Below are positions 1 to 13,897 of a stretch of DNA of 64,000 nucleotides, piece by piece (the first letter of the stretch is position 1; every line of letters begins with the position of its first letter). The DNA is from Carcharhinus amblyrhynchos (taxonomy: Eukaryota). Position numbers and translations under genes: made by a program. The notes beneath the pieces were generated by a model. That model was not told the DNA's origin, ran no database searches, and was given only the letters and a program-made list of their open reading frames with translations. The stretch lies in NCBI GenBank assembly GCA_965287045.1, contig OZ336886.1, positions 39,680,001 through 39,744,000 of the forward strand, in the 5' to 3' direction.

Positions 1-1556
1 TTGTTTTTGCAGATATCTGTGGGCTGCTTCTGAGAACCGACCCTACAGCAGTTTAGGCGGTATCTGAAATCTAGTGGATTACGGCATAGCAAAAAAAAAG
101 ATATACAACAGCAAAGATGCACACTTACGATCAGGTTATATTAACAATATTTGACTAAGAAACACGGTCAGTACTCGAAGGGGCTCAATAAACTTTAGAG
201 TGGCGTTTAATAAAACAAAACCTAATCCTAGGCTTGATGTACAATACCTTCCGCTATTATAGGCGATGTAGTCAACATGAGTAACTGCTCATTCCTGATA
301 AGATCCGTAGAGAAAAAGTCAAAATTAAAGTTGATTTTTATCTGTGCCCTAGTAATTTATGAACATGCAAGGCGATAACCATCTAGATTTCACATCAGTT
401 TGATAGGCTCCGAGCGCCGACTCATGATGGCCATTTCAAAGTTTCCTTTAGTCTCGCTGCGTTAGTCCTAAACTGAGTCTGACACATTTCACCCGTTACC
501 AGACATAATGAGCCTTAAAGACCATTTGTGGTTTACAACGTTTTTTGTTGAAAGTGCATCAAGAGCTTTTACATTAATGGCTCACAACAGTTCTAAGACC
601 AGAGATTCTTCCGGCTGATAAACACTTGGTCCACACTAAAAAAAAGGTCTCAATAAATTGTAGCACATTTGCAACAGAGATTTAGGCATAAAGTCCAAAT
701 GCGATTGGATAAGGCTTATTTTGAAAAAGCACTTTGCGCAATAAGATTTGAACAGGGCAAGGAATTATTCTGAAAACCTAAGCTCTGACATTCGTTCCAA
801 ACATCTCGAGCTTTGCCAGCACAGCCACAATGTGTCATACTGATGCTCCTTAATACCCATCTCATCTGTCCTTAGGGTGACTCGGTTGCATATTTTAATG
901 GATGGAAGTCTGGGGACGTTTTATTACTTTAAAAAAACACTATATAAAATGCAAGCTGTTGGAGTAAAATAAGCAGCCCATCTTGCTTAAAAATCAAAAC
1001 GTAGTAATTCCCAGTAGAACTAGCAATGATTTCCATAAAAAAGTTTTTGAGGGAAGAGCGCTCAAAATTGCAAATCACATTCCGAAATAATGTAACAAAA
1101 TCTATTTAGACTTGTCGGCAAATGAGGCACAGATAGCGTGGCATTAACTTTGTAACTGGAGTGCGACTCGGTACGTAAATGAACATCTAAAATCTCCAGT
1201 CTTTCCTGATGGATTTTATCCTTATCCTATGCATCGGCTACATCAAAGGTCACTGCCTTGTCCATTAGTCCAGGTTTTATTGAAGATTTTTTATGTTCCT
1301 CACCTTGCCACGCAGATTTTTATAATGTTCAATTTAGAACGTTATGACGTGCGAAAACCAGAACACTCCATAACAGTGAATCTGGGAAAATGCATTAGTC
1401 AATATGCAGCTAGGGTTTTATATATCAAAAAGCACTTGTTTCTTATGAAGTCAATTCTTAATTCAGTTGCTTAAATTGTCAATATTTCAGGAAGTACTGA
1501 ATCTAGATGTATACCCAAGTAGGAAGGAATGAACAAAGTATTAATAAAATGAGAAT

Positions 1557-1805
1557 TCATAGAATCTCTACTGTGCAGAAGGAGGCCATTCAGTCCACCA
1601 AGTCAACACCTACTGTCTAGCAGAGCATTTACCCAGACCCACCCTCTGCCCTGACCCCATAATTCCACACATTCATCTCATGAACCTCTGCCACCTACAC
1701 ATTTTTGGACAGTAAGGGGAAATTGAGCATGGCCAATCCACTTAACTTGCACATCTTTAGATGGTAGGAGGAAATAGGCACATCCAGAGAAAACCCATGC
1801 AGGAT
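1557..1805 (-). mobile_element. HE1/V-SINE copy (partial)
   Basis: catagaatctctactgtgcagaaggaggccattcag tail and agcatggccaatccacttaacttgcacatcttt V-domain. Confidence 0.7.
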
Positions 1806-3213
1806 TACTGAAAAAGGACATGCTATGAAAGTTTTTAGTCTTTCACTCATCAGGAGAGCTGGTAAGAAATTAACAGTAAAAACAGAACAATAATTTACTG
1901 TTGTCAATTTCTTGCACACTGTTGAGTATAAGAGGAAAAGCTTTGATAGCAAGTCTCTTTCTTCAGCAGTACTACCAAACAAAAACATTGATTCATCTAC
2001 TTTTGAACAGTAGGATTTCAGTCAGTAATCCTCAGTCAACTGGAAGCTTTGCAAGTACCATGACTAACTAGAACTTTACCCATTTGAAGCCTCTGTTATG
2101 GGATAAAGTAGTACTGATGGTACAACTGAATTTGAGTGGCAGAAATCTGTGAACAATATTTCATCCAATTCTATCACTATCCCAAGCCTATATCCCATTG
2201 TTAATATACGTTGCAATCTGTTGTTCTTTCCTAACAATTTTGGATTCATAAATTCACCTCCACTGAAACCTTTTTAAATACTACTAATACCATCTTCACA
2301 TGACCATTTGTGGAGTACTCTTTATACATTCAGAACTTACAAAAATATTTTACTTAAAAGGCTAATCAAAAACAGAGAATGGGGGAAAATATGGTTAGAA
2401 GAAAAGGCCACAGGTGGAGTTGGGAGAAGGGGGTTGAGTAGGTTGTTTTTTTCAAAGATGATGACAAGGCAGAGAGATCTTTGCAGAGAATTCAAGAGGA
2501 CAGAAACCTTAAAAGTGAAAGGAGAAGCCAAGAGTAGGGAAACGGCACAAGGAAAATCTCAAGCATTAATGGAGTTGTGTGATAGCGGCAGAGAGGCTGG
2601 AGATTGCCATTAAAGTAGGATTGGTTAAAGCCACAAAGATTTGAAAAACAGGACAGTAATTCTGATAGGAAATGTTGTTAACCCTCTCTGCACAAGAGGA
2701 CTTGATAATTCTCTTATGAAATAACGTTTACTCATTGCTGGGCAATAGATTTTCAGGACATAGCAATCAGATCTATAAATTAATTCAGTGCCTTAAGACA
2801 ATTATAAAGAATTGATGTAATTTCTCCACGCAACCTCCATTACCTTTCAATTTAACTTAATCAAGTCAACATCATGATCTTTGTGCAAATGAGTAGTTTT
2901 TCCTCCAAGTATTGACTTCAACTCACTTGCAAGTGTAAAATCTGCCTTGAACCAGGTGGCATTTTAGACTGTAGTTCAAAAATAAATGTTTAGAAATATG
3001 ACAATGAACACCTCAAGCGTGGTAATTTGGTGCAATTTGATTAATACAGCTGAGTAGGTTATACCACAAAGATAAGCGTTTTAATCCGTTGCTAGTTTAC
3101 CATCCACCACTTGAGTAAATCCAGTTTTAAATGACAGAAAAGTCAGTGAATTAAGCAGAAGCCAGTTGTAAATTTGTGATCAGTTATATAAGTTAAATGA
3201 TGATATTCAAGAA

Positions 3214-3380
3214 TCCAAAAGATGTGCTGGTTAGGTGGATTGGCCATGCTAAATTGCCCCTTAGTGTCTGAGGAACAACTAGGATAAATGCATGGAGTTA
3301 TGGGGATAGGGCCTAGGTGGGATTGTGGTCAGTGCAGACTTGATGGGCTGAATGGCCTCCTTCTGCACTGTAGGATTCTA
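3214..3380 (+). mobile_element. HE1/V-SINE 3' half
   Basis: gatgtgctggttaggtggattggccatgctaaattgcccc...atgggctgaatggcctccttctgcactgtaggattcta. Confidence 0.75.
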
Positions 3381-4089
3381 AGCTTTTGAAATGTGCCAAT
3401 TGGTGTCTTTGCATCCAAATAAAATATTTTAAGAACATTGGTGATGGTCTACAAATGGATGCAATTATAGAAAATGGTCAATGATAATTACTTTGATCTG
3501 TGGCATATCTAGTTTTGTGGGAGGCTGACTTCTAGCACAATTTTAAAAAATTCTAGCACAGAAGATTTAGGGAACTATTTGCGCTGGTCATAATTTGGCC
3601 CTGAACCTCAATTTTTATTTTACAAATTTGGTGAATTTGTGTAAATTAGTCCCTACGAACTAATACAAACATAGCCAAAAAGTAAATCTTGTTTGTTTCA
3701 GCTTTATTCGCTCACCACCCCCCACCCACACACACTCTTCTTTCTGGATAAGACATCACTCAAGATCAAATGTCCAGTTTAAAATCACTGTTTTACATCT
3801 GAGCAAACCTGACAATGAACAACTCCGAGGATAAAAAAAAATCCACTTTTGGATTAACACGGGAATATTTTGAAAATACTAGAACAAACTTGCATCAAAT
3901 GATGTCATTGTAATATACAACTAATTGTAAAACAAGAGAATTGCAATTCATTCAAAAATTTCCACAAAGTAAAACGGTGAATAAGTGGTGTTTATGTTGC
4001 TCAATCTTCCATTCAGTTAAATGCATGATTGCTCAACTCATTTAATATTTTAGACCAAATTAGTTGAAAATAGTTTTTCCCCAGTTACA

Positions 4090-6130
4090 TATGTCACAGA
4101 AGCTTGAACCAGATTAAACATTACTTTCCATGTACATGGCAGTCTTCCATCTTGTAATATTATGGTTTGCACTGTGGTGGTCAACTCTTGTGTTAAGCAT
4201 CCCCTTGTGTGACTCAGGAACCCCACTCTTGCAAGGCAGTGTCTACCACATTTACTATGTAAGACAGCAGTGGGCTGATCTCTGTTTTCTCTGGACTCTT
4301 CTCTTGGTCAGCTGAGGTCTTTGTTTCTGCTTGCCTCATCTGATGCCCTTCCAAACAAACTGTTAGCCTCCAAATGTCATGGCCACCACTGACTCTTTCA
4401 GTTATCAGTGTCAATATCTGTCTTCAGCATACCTGTTTCCTTGTAACAAAGGTATGGATAGCCATGAAGTTGTGAAAATACAACAGTGCTCCTGACAGTC
4501 CCTGTATCAATGCAAATCTGGTATACAGCTGTAAACAGTAGTCAATGTTGCAGCTCCAAGCAGTCTGTTGGATTTTACTCTGAGTGGTAGAGTTTTCTTG
4601 TTTGGATTTTTCTTGGTAATTATTGAGAGAGCGTGGACCACCTGGCTACAAAGGCAGGTTCCATCACAGTGATGGAAGCTTCAAATCAGTCAGCATTTTC
4701 CACTCTTGCTTCTCGTATGTTGAATGTATAGTACTGTGGTCGGGTCCTGAAGTATATTTCATTTTGCTTCTGCACTCTATGGGAATGCTAGATAATACCT
4801 ATTCAATTGAGTATTGCTGATTTTGATGCAAGGATGGCATTTCTTCTTGCAACAATAAAGCTTCAAGAGTTGCCTCCTCAGTGTATCACAGGCAGCACTG
4901 TTGTAGCTGCATGCGATCAGAGAGTCACATCTAATGTTCAGATCTTGGATGCCTCCAGGGCACCTCGTGACATGGTTTGTTCAGAAAGCTGTTACACAAA
5001 ACTTGTGGTATCAGCAAAGCTCAGGTAATCTTTGTTAGTTCTTAAACAATGACAGTGCAGGAGGACCATGCCTCATGGTCCGTGCACATTTTGCATTAAA
5101 ATCCCCCAATAAGTTCTGACTTGGGAATTCTGCTGATAGCAGTACTAAGGTCCTCATAGAGCTGTTCTTTTGCTCCTCTAGTGAGGCAAATCATTGCAAC
5201 ATAGTTACACAAGGTTAAACTGGTCCTGTTTGAGTTGAGAGGCAAGACAGAACATGTTCTGAACCCATGGATTAATCAAGGGTAGCAAGAGCTTGTCCCT
5301 TGCCAGATGAACATGTAGAGTTTTTTAGTGAACTGTTCTCAGCAAGAATGGTCTCTTGTAGTGATACTTTGTTTTACAGTCTATCAAGTTCAATATCAAT
5401 CACAGCTGTCTTGTACATATCACCAAGTTGCAAATCATTTGTCAGTCCCGTGCACAATCTTGACTTTTCAGCTGGTCAATAGAAGAGTTAGCATCTTCCT
5501 TATTTTTGTTTGTTTCATTTGTTTGCCTGGTGCAATGGATTCTTTCCATTTGTTAAGTAGAGACTCTAACTGAAGCTGATGCATGGCAGGTCAACATATA
5601 ATAGCCCAATTGGACATGTCGGTCTCCAATGCTGGTCGGAGCCATCCATTGCACCGATTCTGTAGCCCTCTGTTGAGCTTATCACATGTAACTGCTGTCT
5701 CCCAAGTTGCATCAACTCCGAAGAGAAAGTAGAATGCCCTCTCCAGGATGCAAGGCTGGATCAATTTATGGAGAACCTGGGCTGCCAAAATGGCAGGTTC
5801 CCCATCTCAACTCTCTTTCTCTCTCTCCCCTCCTCACTTCCCCCCCAATCCTCCTCCTCCACCCCCTCCCCCAATGCTCAGTTGATTTCAAAGGAATGCA
5901 AAGCACCATGTTTGACAATAGACTGGTTGCAGATTTGCCAAAAAATAACATTTCAGACATCATCCACTTTTGGGATCTAGTCTGGAATTTTGTCAGGAAT
6001 TACTGCCTTAAGTCTTCAACTTTCCCAAGGTATCCACAAAGTAATGGAATTAATTGCTGGGAATCTGGTTCATGATGGAAGTGTTTGGATGCTGATGGGT
6101 CTAAATGTGGATTGCCTGGGGACCAAATCT
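4090..6130 (-). mobile_element. Possible highly decayed LTR-retrotransposon relic
   Basis: Slightly higher GC, many short ORFs, a CIDTG protease-like motif on the minus strand near 4510 and a PLLSYIV motif. Weak support. Confidence 0.3.
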
Positions 6131-6581
6131 CCACCAAGTACCTCCAAAGCTTTAGCCTAGAGTCAGAATGGACCTAGTTTCTGTATGTTGCCATGAGGAG
6201 GCAGAGGTGAGGATATGCCTGCGCATCGACAGGGAGAGACTTGTACATTTTACTCTTTCTGTAATGTTGCTAACCAGTTTTGAATGCTGAAAATGAGGTA
6301 CACACTTGCACATAAAAGTGAAAAGTATATTAACTCTCTTCACACATACACACTAAACGCATTGCGATTGACCTGTTAGACACTGTTCCATATCGTGTGA
6401 AATTGCACTGGGGAAATTGTGTCGCCTGAAGGTCCATGTGCAAGAAAGACTCATATTAAAATGTTGTATGGATGATTGTCATATTCACAATTCTACCTTA
6501 TTTGGACAAACTACAGCAAGATTTATACAAAGTCCAAAGTTACTTAATATTCTGATAAGGGTTTCAATATACCCAAGTTTT

Positions 6582-6862
6582 AAGTTTATTTGTTAGTGTC
6601 ATAAGTAGGCTTACATTAACACTACAATTTAATTACTGTGAAAATCCTCTAGTTGCCACACTCTGGCGTCTGTTCGAGTACACGGAGGAAGAATTTAGCA
6701 TGGCCAATGCAGCTAAGCAGCATGTCTTTCAGATAGTGGGAGGAAACCCATGCAGTCACAGGGAGAATCTGCAAATGCCACACAGCAGTTACTCAAGCTG
6801 GGAATTGAACTCGGGTCACTGACGCTGTTAGGCAGCAGTGCTAACCACTGTGTCACCCCATC
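6582..6862 (-). mobile_element. tRNA-derived V-SINE, near full length
   Basis: Reverse tRNA head (gtggttagcactgctgcct...gacccgagttcaattcccagc) with A/B boxes plus V-domain core. Confidence 0.75.
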
Positions 6863-8054
6863 TAGCGCTCCAATTTTATACAATAACATATCACATTTGC
6901 ATGATTGCTTCAATAATGATAAAACGTAATCATGTTTTGTGACATACATTGCTTCAGTTATACAGCCAAAAGTATCAAAACCACCAAGTATATTTACAAC
7001 ACTTTGTTAAAATAGCCCTGAGAATTTGCAGCAATAGCCTCTTTATGGGGGGGAAAAAAGTTGTCATTCAGTTCCTCAACCCTAGTTCCATGCAGATCAT
7101 AGCTGATATTTGCATATTTTGTACATATTTTCATCATTAATTGAAAAATAGAGACAAAAACAAACAGGCCAATTGGTTCAACTAATCCATGCTGGTGGTT
7201 ATGCTTCATATGAGCTGCCTCTTACCCTCCAATCTCCTCCACTGAAGCACGTTCATACTCCCTTTGGTAGTGCTTTCCACATTCTCACCGCTCTCGAGGA
7301 AAATAACTTTGGATTTGATTTCTTAGTGCTCATCACATATCGGTGGCCTCTAGTTTTGCTTTTGCACAAAATGGAAACACTACCTATCCACTCTATCAAA
7401 ACCTTCAAATGACGATCTCCATTATGTCACCTCTTAACCTTCACGCTTCAAGAGTAAAGAGACATTGTTTGTCTTTTCCTGAGAGATAGTGTGAAGTTAT
7501 GCTCAACTTAATTTAGTGAAACCGGAATGAGTCAAATAAAACATTTGCCAATCAGTTGGATCTCTTAAGTCAGCAAGTTGCCACGAAAAATACTTTCACA
7601 GTTCCAACAAAAATCTACATTCTACATTACGTTTGCACATTTTGAAAATCTATTCAATTTAAATACAAGCACCACGATTTTTTTGTGCATAATTACTGCT
7701 GACAGTGGCTTTTATAAGTATATCATGGTACATCCATCGGGTCTGGTATCTTCATGGTTTCGATTATCACTACCACTTGCACTTCACCATCAAGTACCCA
7801 GTATTTGATATCAGGCTTGATCTTCAACTGAACCAGATGATATTGTTTTCCAGAATAAATTTTATTAATCTGATTACAATTTAGACTGGAATGGACAACG
7901 AGACTGAAACTGGTTAAAAAGTATATTTTCGGTTGTGCTTCACATTAGTTTTTCAAAAGAGGACAACATTTCTCTTTTTATTTCTGATGCTTTTAGCTAA
8001 TCCAAAAAATAATAACTGTTCTACATTCAGTACTAGACAAAGTGTAGTAGCAGC

Positions 8055-8163
8055 TTGGAGCAAAAGGAAAACACTGTGGATGTGGGAAATCTGAAATAAA
8101 AACAAAGTGCTGGAAATACACAAGAGGTTGCGAAGCATCTGTGGGGAGAGAGACAGAGTTAAC
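8055..8163 (-). mobile_element. Fragment of the same Penelope-derived family
   Basis: gatgtgggaaatctgaaataaaaacaaagtgctggaaatacac is the reverse complement of the family tail. Confidence 0.5.
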
Positions 8164-8383
8164 CTTTTTGCTGCAGATATAATCAGTAGATGTTAAGTTT
8201 GGGTTATGTAGCAACATACTGATACTTGCATGATCCTTGAAACGTCTTCTGTAGCATTATTTCAAAAAAATCCTCAATGGGGATCATAGCATGAACTGAT
8301 AAAACAACTGGTATCTATACTGTCACGAATTATCCGGTTTCCTTGTAAAATAGGGACAACATTCCACAATACATTTAATACAT

Positions 8384-8389
8384 TTTATT
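8384..8389 (-). promoter_or_regulatory. Candidate polyadenylation signal AATAAA
   Basis: TTTATT on + at the distal edge of the repeat-free block, followed on the minus strand by U/GU-rich sequence. Other AATAAA candidates exist near 11190, 11590 and 11705. Confidence 0.4.
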
Positions 8390-11300
8390 AAATATCTGAA
8401 ACACGCAGCATGTGGTTTTTAGCAATACTTCAAGCATGGCTACAAATGCAGAATGCACTTAGGGTTTACCATGTGTAATGAAAGATGTGCTTTGTCACAA
8501 TTTAATTACAGTGCAAACATAATTATACTGTACTTACTCATTAAATCATTAGTAGATTAATACCATTGGTACTTAGCTTTCAACCCAATGTAATTTCCAA
8601 ACATGCAATCAATGCTATATTAACATTCTTTCATAATAAAATACATACCAAGCAAAGCTACATGCATTTTTCTTAGCTTATTTACAATATCAGACAAATA
8701 AGGGATATCACTTTTATATATAAACAGATGCTGACTGCATGCTCCAATTTATAAGTGATTGTTTTGAATTTTCCATAGATATATGGTGAGTTACAATGAA
8801 TGATCAGCAATATTTTCACTTTTAAAATGCCATGAATTCACACAAGATACCACATGAAATCTTATACATACTCATTTAAAAAAAGCCACATCTCTTTTGA
8901 TGGCCATGCCTTTGTGCATTAAAAAGAAAATCACTGAAGTTAATCTTGCATAACATTCTGCTTCACATCTAATGAATTAACTTTACGTATGTTCAGTGTT
9001 CAAAACTTTCAATAATTACTGCAGAAATCAATTACTGTATTTGTTTGATATGCTTCTAACTGTGCAGTATACCAACTAATTAAAACAAAACCATGTAGAT
9101 GGCCATCTATTTTTAAGCGTAATTTTAGATGTAGAATTTTCATGGTTGACTTTACTACTTTTGCACAATAAATCCAATGAAGCAAAGTATAAGGGAGCAT
9201 TAAGTTATATTCAACTATTTATAATTTTTTTTGATCAAAGCATTTAAAAACCTCAGATGCAAGAATAATATGTACAATCCAGCGAAAAACCGAGTATAAG
9301 TAGTGTATGTGTAGGCGTGCCACAAAGTATACTAAGCAGATAAATTCCATGCAGCACAATAGATTACAAAGGAAAGTAGATAGTGCAGTAAGGAGGTACC
9401 TTTTTCAACTTTATAGATAATAATTTAGATGATGCTAAATAGGCTGATTTTACACCTTTAGTTTCTGGTTGTTGATAAATCTCAAGTCAAAAGAAATACT
9501 TCATCCTCAACAATTTACATTCTTTATCAAAGGAGACTGCTCTGAGAGCAGTAATTAAAATGGCAAGGAATAAAATAAAGGGACTGCAGTAATGCATGCT
9601 CATTGCAGAGTAACAGTTCATTAAAATCAGAAATAATTGTCACACTTATAAACTTCAGAGAGATAAGTAGGACTGATACAATCCCCACGGACTGAGGCAT
9701 CAGATCTTTAGTGAAGCAAGCAGCCATAGCTTTGCAGTGAAAGTTCATCTTTTAACTTTAAAATCAAAATCAACAGGAGAACAGAAGGAAAACCAGTGTT
9801 GCTATTGCACCCTTAGCAGAATTGAAGCATCCTTTGTGTTCCTTCGTGGTGGAGACCAGGACATTTAACTTTACTTAGTTTATCCAATTTGGAAAATGTG
9901 AATGGACAATTTATTGCTCAAAATGTTAAGTTCTTAGCTCAGCCAGTGATTTTAGTTATTGAATCATTGGCTCAGAAGTAGATAAATTGTACATTTCACT
10001 ATTCCCACAGTAAGACAATTTGGAAATAAACAAGTTTTATGCTTACTTAAAAAAATATACATACAGGTCTCTCATTAAAGCTAACCAGAAGCCAAATAAA
10101 ATGCTTCAGATTGCAAATAGGGTACTGAACTCATAAGGATATTATTCAGTCATTATGAAGAATGACATGCAATATACATAACATCTTAGGAACTGTACAT
10201 GTCCTTTGCAAATTATATCCATCATTTCACTTTTGCCCAAAATAATCAAGCGGTGGCAGCAATAGGTAAGAAACTGGAGACTGGAAACTTTTTGACATAG
10301 AAGATTTAAACTTACAGCAGTAAACCAGGATGATAAACAGAGTGGTAAAAGCAGTAGATAACAATCTGGACAACACAAAGGCATCACAAAAAGAGGCAGG
10401 CAAAAATAAAAAAAAGTGCAAGGTAAAATATAATGCCACAATTGAAGATTACACACAGGTAGTCTGGAAGTATGTTAGCTTATAAACACTGTCTTTGGGT
10501 TTAGATGATGTCTTAAGTGATTAGCACTTTATGCAGCCATTAGGGTCTCTTGTAACAGTCATATAGATAGATGTTCACTGTAAAATGTGCACTTTTATTG
10601 CATGGTTAAGTCTCCTCTAGTGTGGTATAATTATTGGCGTCCTTCTACTAATGGCATATTAATTGCATCAACTCCCTAAAGGGTAGGTCCCTTCGACCTG
10701 AACTGGAGCATTATTCTTCTTAAAAAGTGCATCTCAAGTCAGCATGGATGACTTTCTGTAGTTTTTACAGTTTTATCTACTGTACCATATATCATTACTT
10801 CAAAAGTTTACTGCATTTTGTTTTTGCTGCCAGTAAAAAAAAAGTTCTACATGTATGAAGGATTTGATCTGGCTTCTGTCTCTAAATAATTGTAACAAAA
10901 GTTACCCAAAAAGTACCTTTATGAGTGCAAACCATAATAAAATTTACAAAAAAAAACTGACATCATGCGTTTGTGAAACATTAAAAGAAAACCAAGTGCA
11001 TGAAATTAAGTTAAGTTGAATCTTTTTGTTGCAAACTTCATTTTCAAAAGTGCAAAGGCAATACTGGCAGACAGCATTTAAATAAATTCTGTGGGCACTT
11101 AAAATATTTAAATAATTTTAAATGGTATGTTCAAAACAAGCAGCTTTACCCAGCTAAGTGTACTCCTCCGAGTTGAGGTCCATGTTGTTTTATTGCAGCT
11201 AGGTAATTAACCCTGAATGACTAAAGTAGCTTTCACCATCAGCTTAAAAACTTTGATATCAATACAGTTTATGAAGAGTTATTCTGGACAAATACAAGAA

Positions 11301-12180
11301 ATGGCTACCTGCTGTAAGAAATAGTCACTAGGTACCTTAAGATGCTCACAAATCTAAATGACAGTAATTTTTAACCACCGACTGTGATTATTAAATGTAT
11401 AGCATTAAAACATTTTTTGAATAACTGTGACAGTCAATGGAATATAAAGGTAAATGAGTACTTTTGAAGTACAATGCACTGAAAATGGCAATCAACTGTT
11501 AGAAACTATTCAGTAATGTGGTGTTTATGGTTCAACTTAAAATGCACAAGAAAACTTTGTATAGTTTGGCATAAAATGTACAACTTTTATTCTGAACAGC
11601 TACCAAAGAAGCTTTGTTTTTTTTACAAAAAAGTATTTAACTTAGTGTAGAATTTGCAAGAACTCTCAGATCAGTTAATTTTTAAAATGACAGAGTTTAA
11701 CATTTTTATTTTAAGACCGTATGAACAATTCACCACTGGAGGCTGGTTCTCTCTATGAAATCTCAAATACCATTTCAAAAAGATGAAATATCTCAGGCTG
11801 GAGTTACACTGCACTCTCAACCAAATCCAGTGCACAGTGGGGGTGGTCGAGAGGGGTCACACCTTTTTAGTGTTTTAAGTTACAGTGCCATATTTGAATC
11901 GACAATCACCCACTTCTCTTAAATGCAAAAACGCCAGTATAAACACAGCGTCAGATGACAACTTAACATTCCAATGTTTGTTCTAAAAAAAAAAGCCCAT
12001 TGTATTTCTGCTATAGAGATTCCTCCTAAACGGTGAAATTCAGATAAAATGAGAATGTAAAACATTGTATTTTTCGAATGTATTGCAATATTAGGTGAAT
12101 CATGTGTTTGGTGGAAATACAGGTGTAAAAAGAGCTCCAAAAAGTGAGCCCAGCGTTGTGGAAGTACTAGAAGATTCAAA

Positions 12181-12552
12181 TACATAAGGTAATCAAGTAA
12201 CAGGCAAGAATAAAGTGATTTGTTTAGCATCACAGAGTATGCCTACATCTTGTTCAAATATATTCAACTAAAGTATATGAATGCTGCTGCAAAATAATAG
12301 AAAACACTCCACTAAATTTACTGTGTGAACTCCTCTCCAATAAATATGTCAGGCCCTTCCCCAAAGTACACAAACATAACAGATAATCAAGTCATAGGCA
12401 AGTACAAAGTGATCAGATTTGGCATCACAGAATACACTGACATTTTGCTTCAATATTTTCAAGTGTATTTATGGCTTCCACAATAATAATATAAAATATA
12501 ACACTAAATATACTGTGGAAACTCCCCAAATAAATGTTGAATACTTCCCAAA
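12181..12552. repeat. Diverged tandem duplication, unit about 194 bp
   Basis: taatcaagtaacaggcaagaataaagtgat..gcatcacaga versus taatcaagtcataggcaagtacaaagtgat..gcatcacaga; also shared cactaaat.tactgtg..aactcc. Confidence 0.8.
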
Positions 12553-13003
12553 CAATAAACTATTTAAATGGTATAATTACAGAAATGCTATATTTTAGAT
12601 TGCTAATTCATTCTGTTGTTGCTACATTCTATCTGTAAAGAGTAATATAAAAATAAATATGCATGGCCAATGGGTGAGAATCGTTCAGAAAGAGAAGGCT
12701 CCCCATGGTCAGTCTACCAGTGAAGTCACTATGTATGTGCTAATCTGCACAACATATCGATTACACATTGTTTGAAACAAATTGACATTTAAGTTAAGTT
12801 CATACTTGAATGTTTGCCAAATTGCTAAGAGAAAGACTAAGGATATATTGGTTCTACTTTGCTTGGCAACAAATACTCAATACTCACTGTGGAAAGTATT
12901 ATACCATTTCTGTCCTGTAAACTTCTTTCCCAATTTGTGGACTACAAAGGTCTTCAGAGTTGCCATTTCATTTTGTCACATTAATAACAGCTTGCCAATA
13001 TGG

Positions 13004-13228
13004 CTAATTGTTTTTTGAAAGCTTTCCAGCTTTTCTTGATGGTTCATATGGTACTCTAAGAATGCTGGGAGTTTCCTCCATTACTCGCACTAGAAGGTTA
13101 TCAATGTAGTCCTCAAGCTCCCGGATTTGACCATCCTTTCTCTTAACAAGTTCTTTGTGCTTCACAAGTTCATAGATCAATTCATCATATGATAAGTTAC
13201 GATATCCAGCAGCAAGTAGACTGGGATC
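13004..13228 (-). CDS. RAB11FIP2: RAB11FIP2 terminal coding exon, FIP Rab11-binding domain
   Basis: Acceptor ttctgattccag|GAT. Translates DPSLLAAGYRNLSYDELIYELVKHKELVKRKDGQIRELEDYIDNLLVRVMEETPSILRVPYEPSRKAGKLSKNN* with the RELEDYIDNLLVRVME RBD signature. TAG at 13004-13006. Confidence 0.96.
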   Translation of the reverse strand, partial: DPSLLAAGYRNLSYDELIYELVKHKELVKRKDGQIRELEDYIDNLLVRVMEETPSILRVPYEPSRKAGKLSKNN

Positions 13229-13627
13229 CTGGAATCAGAAACTGAAGTTAGGTTTGTATAAATTTTTATCCTCCTTGTATTAGACTATTTCTAAACTCAC
13301 AAGTAACTTAATACCAGGTGCCAGCTTAAAAAAAGTTACTTTTATCTGCAACAAACCCATTGCTGATTGATGATGCTACACCGTTAGATATTCTAGACAG
13401 GGACTGGCTTATCCAAAGATGGCAGCATCAATACGGAGATCCCACTGCAGCTATTTCAAAATTAGCTCCACGAAACATGCACGTTGAGAACTTTTAACTT
13501 ACCTAAAATACAAGGATAATTTAAATTTCAATCCTCTTGCACTCTCCTGGTTTGTTTGCGGAGTGTCTAGTTACATATTCACTGTTATCATATAGATTAA
13601 TTGCTATTGGAATTAATTTCATATTTG

Positions 13628-13897
13628 GAACATAGAAAATAAGAACATAAGAAATAGGAGCAGGAGTAGGCCATCTAGCCCTTTGAGCCTGCCCCCCCAT
13701 TCAATAAGATCATGGCTGATCTGAAGTAGCTCAGTTCCACTTTCCCGCTTTCTCCCCATAACCCTTAATTCCCTTGCCTACTAAAAACCTATCTACCTAT
13801 CTAATATATTTAACGAGGTAGCCTCCACCACTTCAACGGGCAGAGAATTCCAGAGATTCACCACCCTTTGAGTTAAGAAGTTCCTCCTCAACTCTGT
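13628..13897 (-). mobile_element. Short CR1 3' fragment, same or closely related family
   Basis: aagaacataagaaataggagcaggagtaggccatctagccc...gcctccaccacttcaacgggcagagaattccagagattcaccaccctttgag matches the 54838 copy. Confidence 0.85.

Larger units (their letters stand above)
8365..13003 (-). other. RAB11FIP2: Probable long 3'UTR of RAB11FIP2
   Basis: About 4.6 kb of AT-rich sequence after the stop codon with no recognisable transposon, unlike the flanks. The end point is inferred from a candidate polyA signal. Confidence 0.5.

Noticed and set aside
6800-6862. tRNA-like A/B box sequence
   Set aside because: It is the head of a V-SINE, not a tRNA gene.
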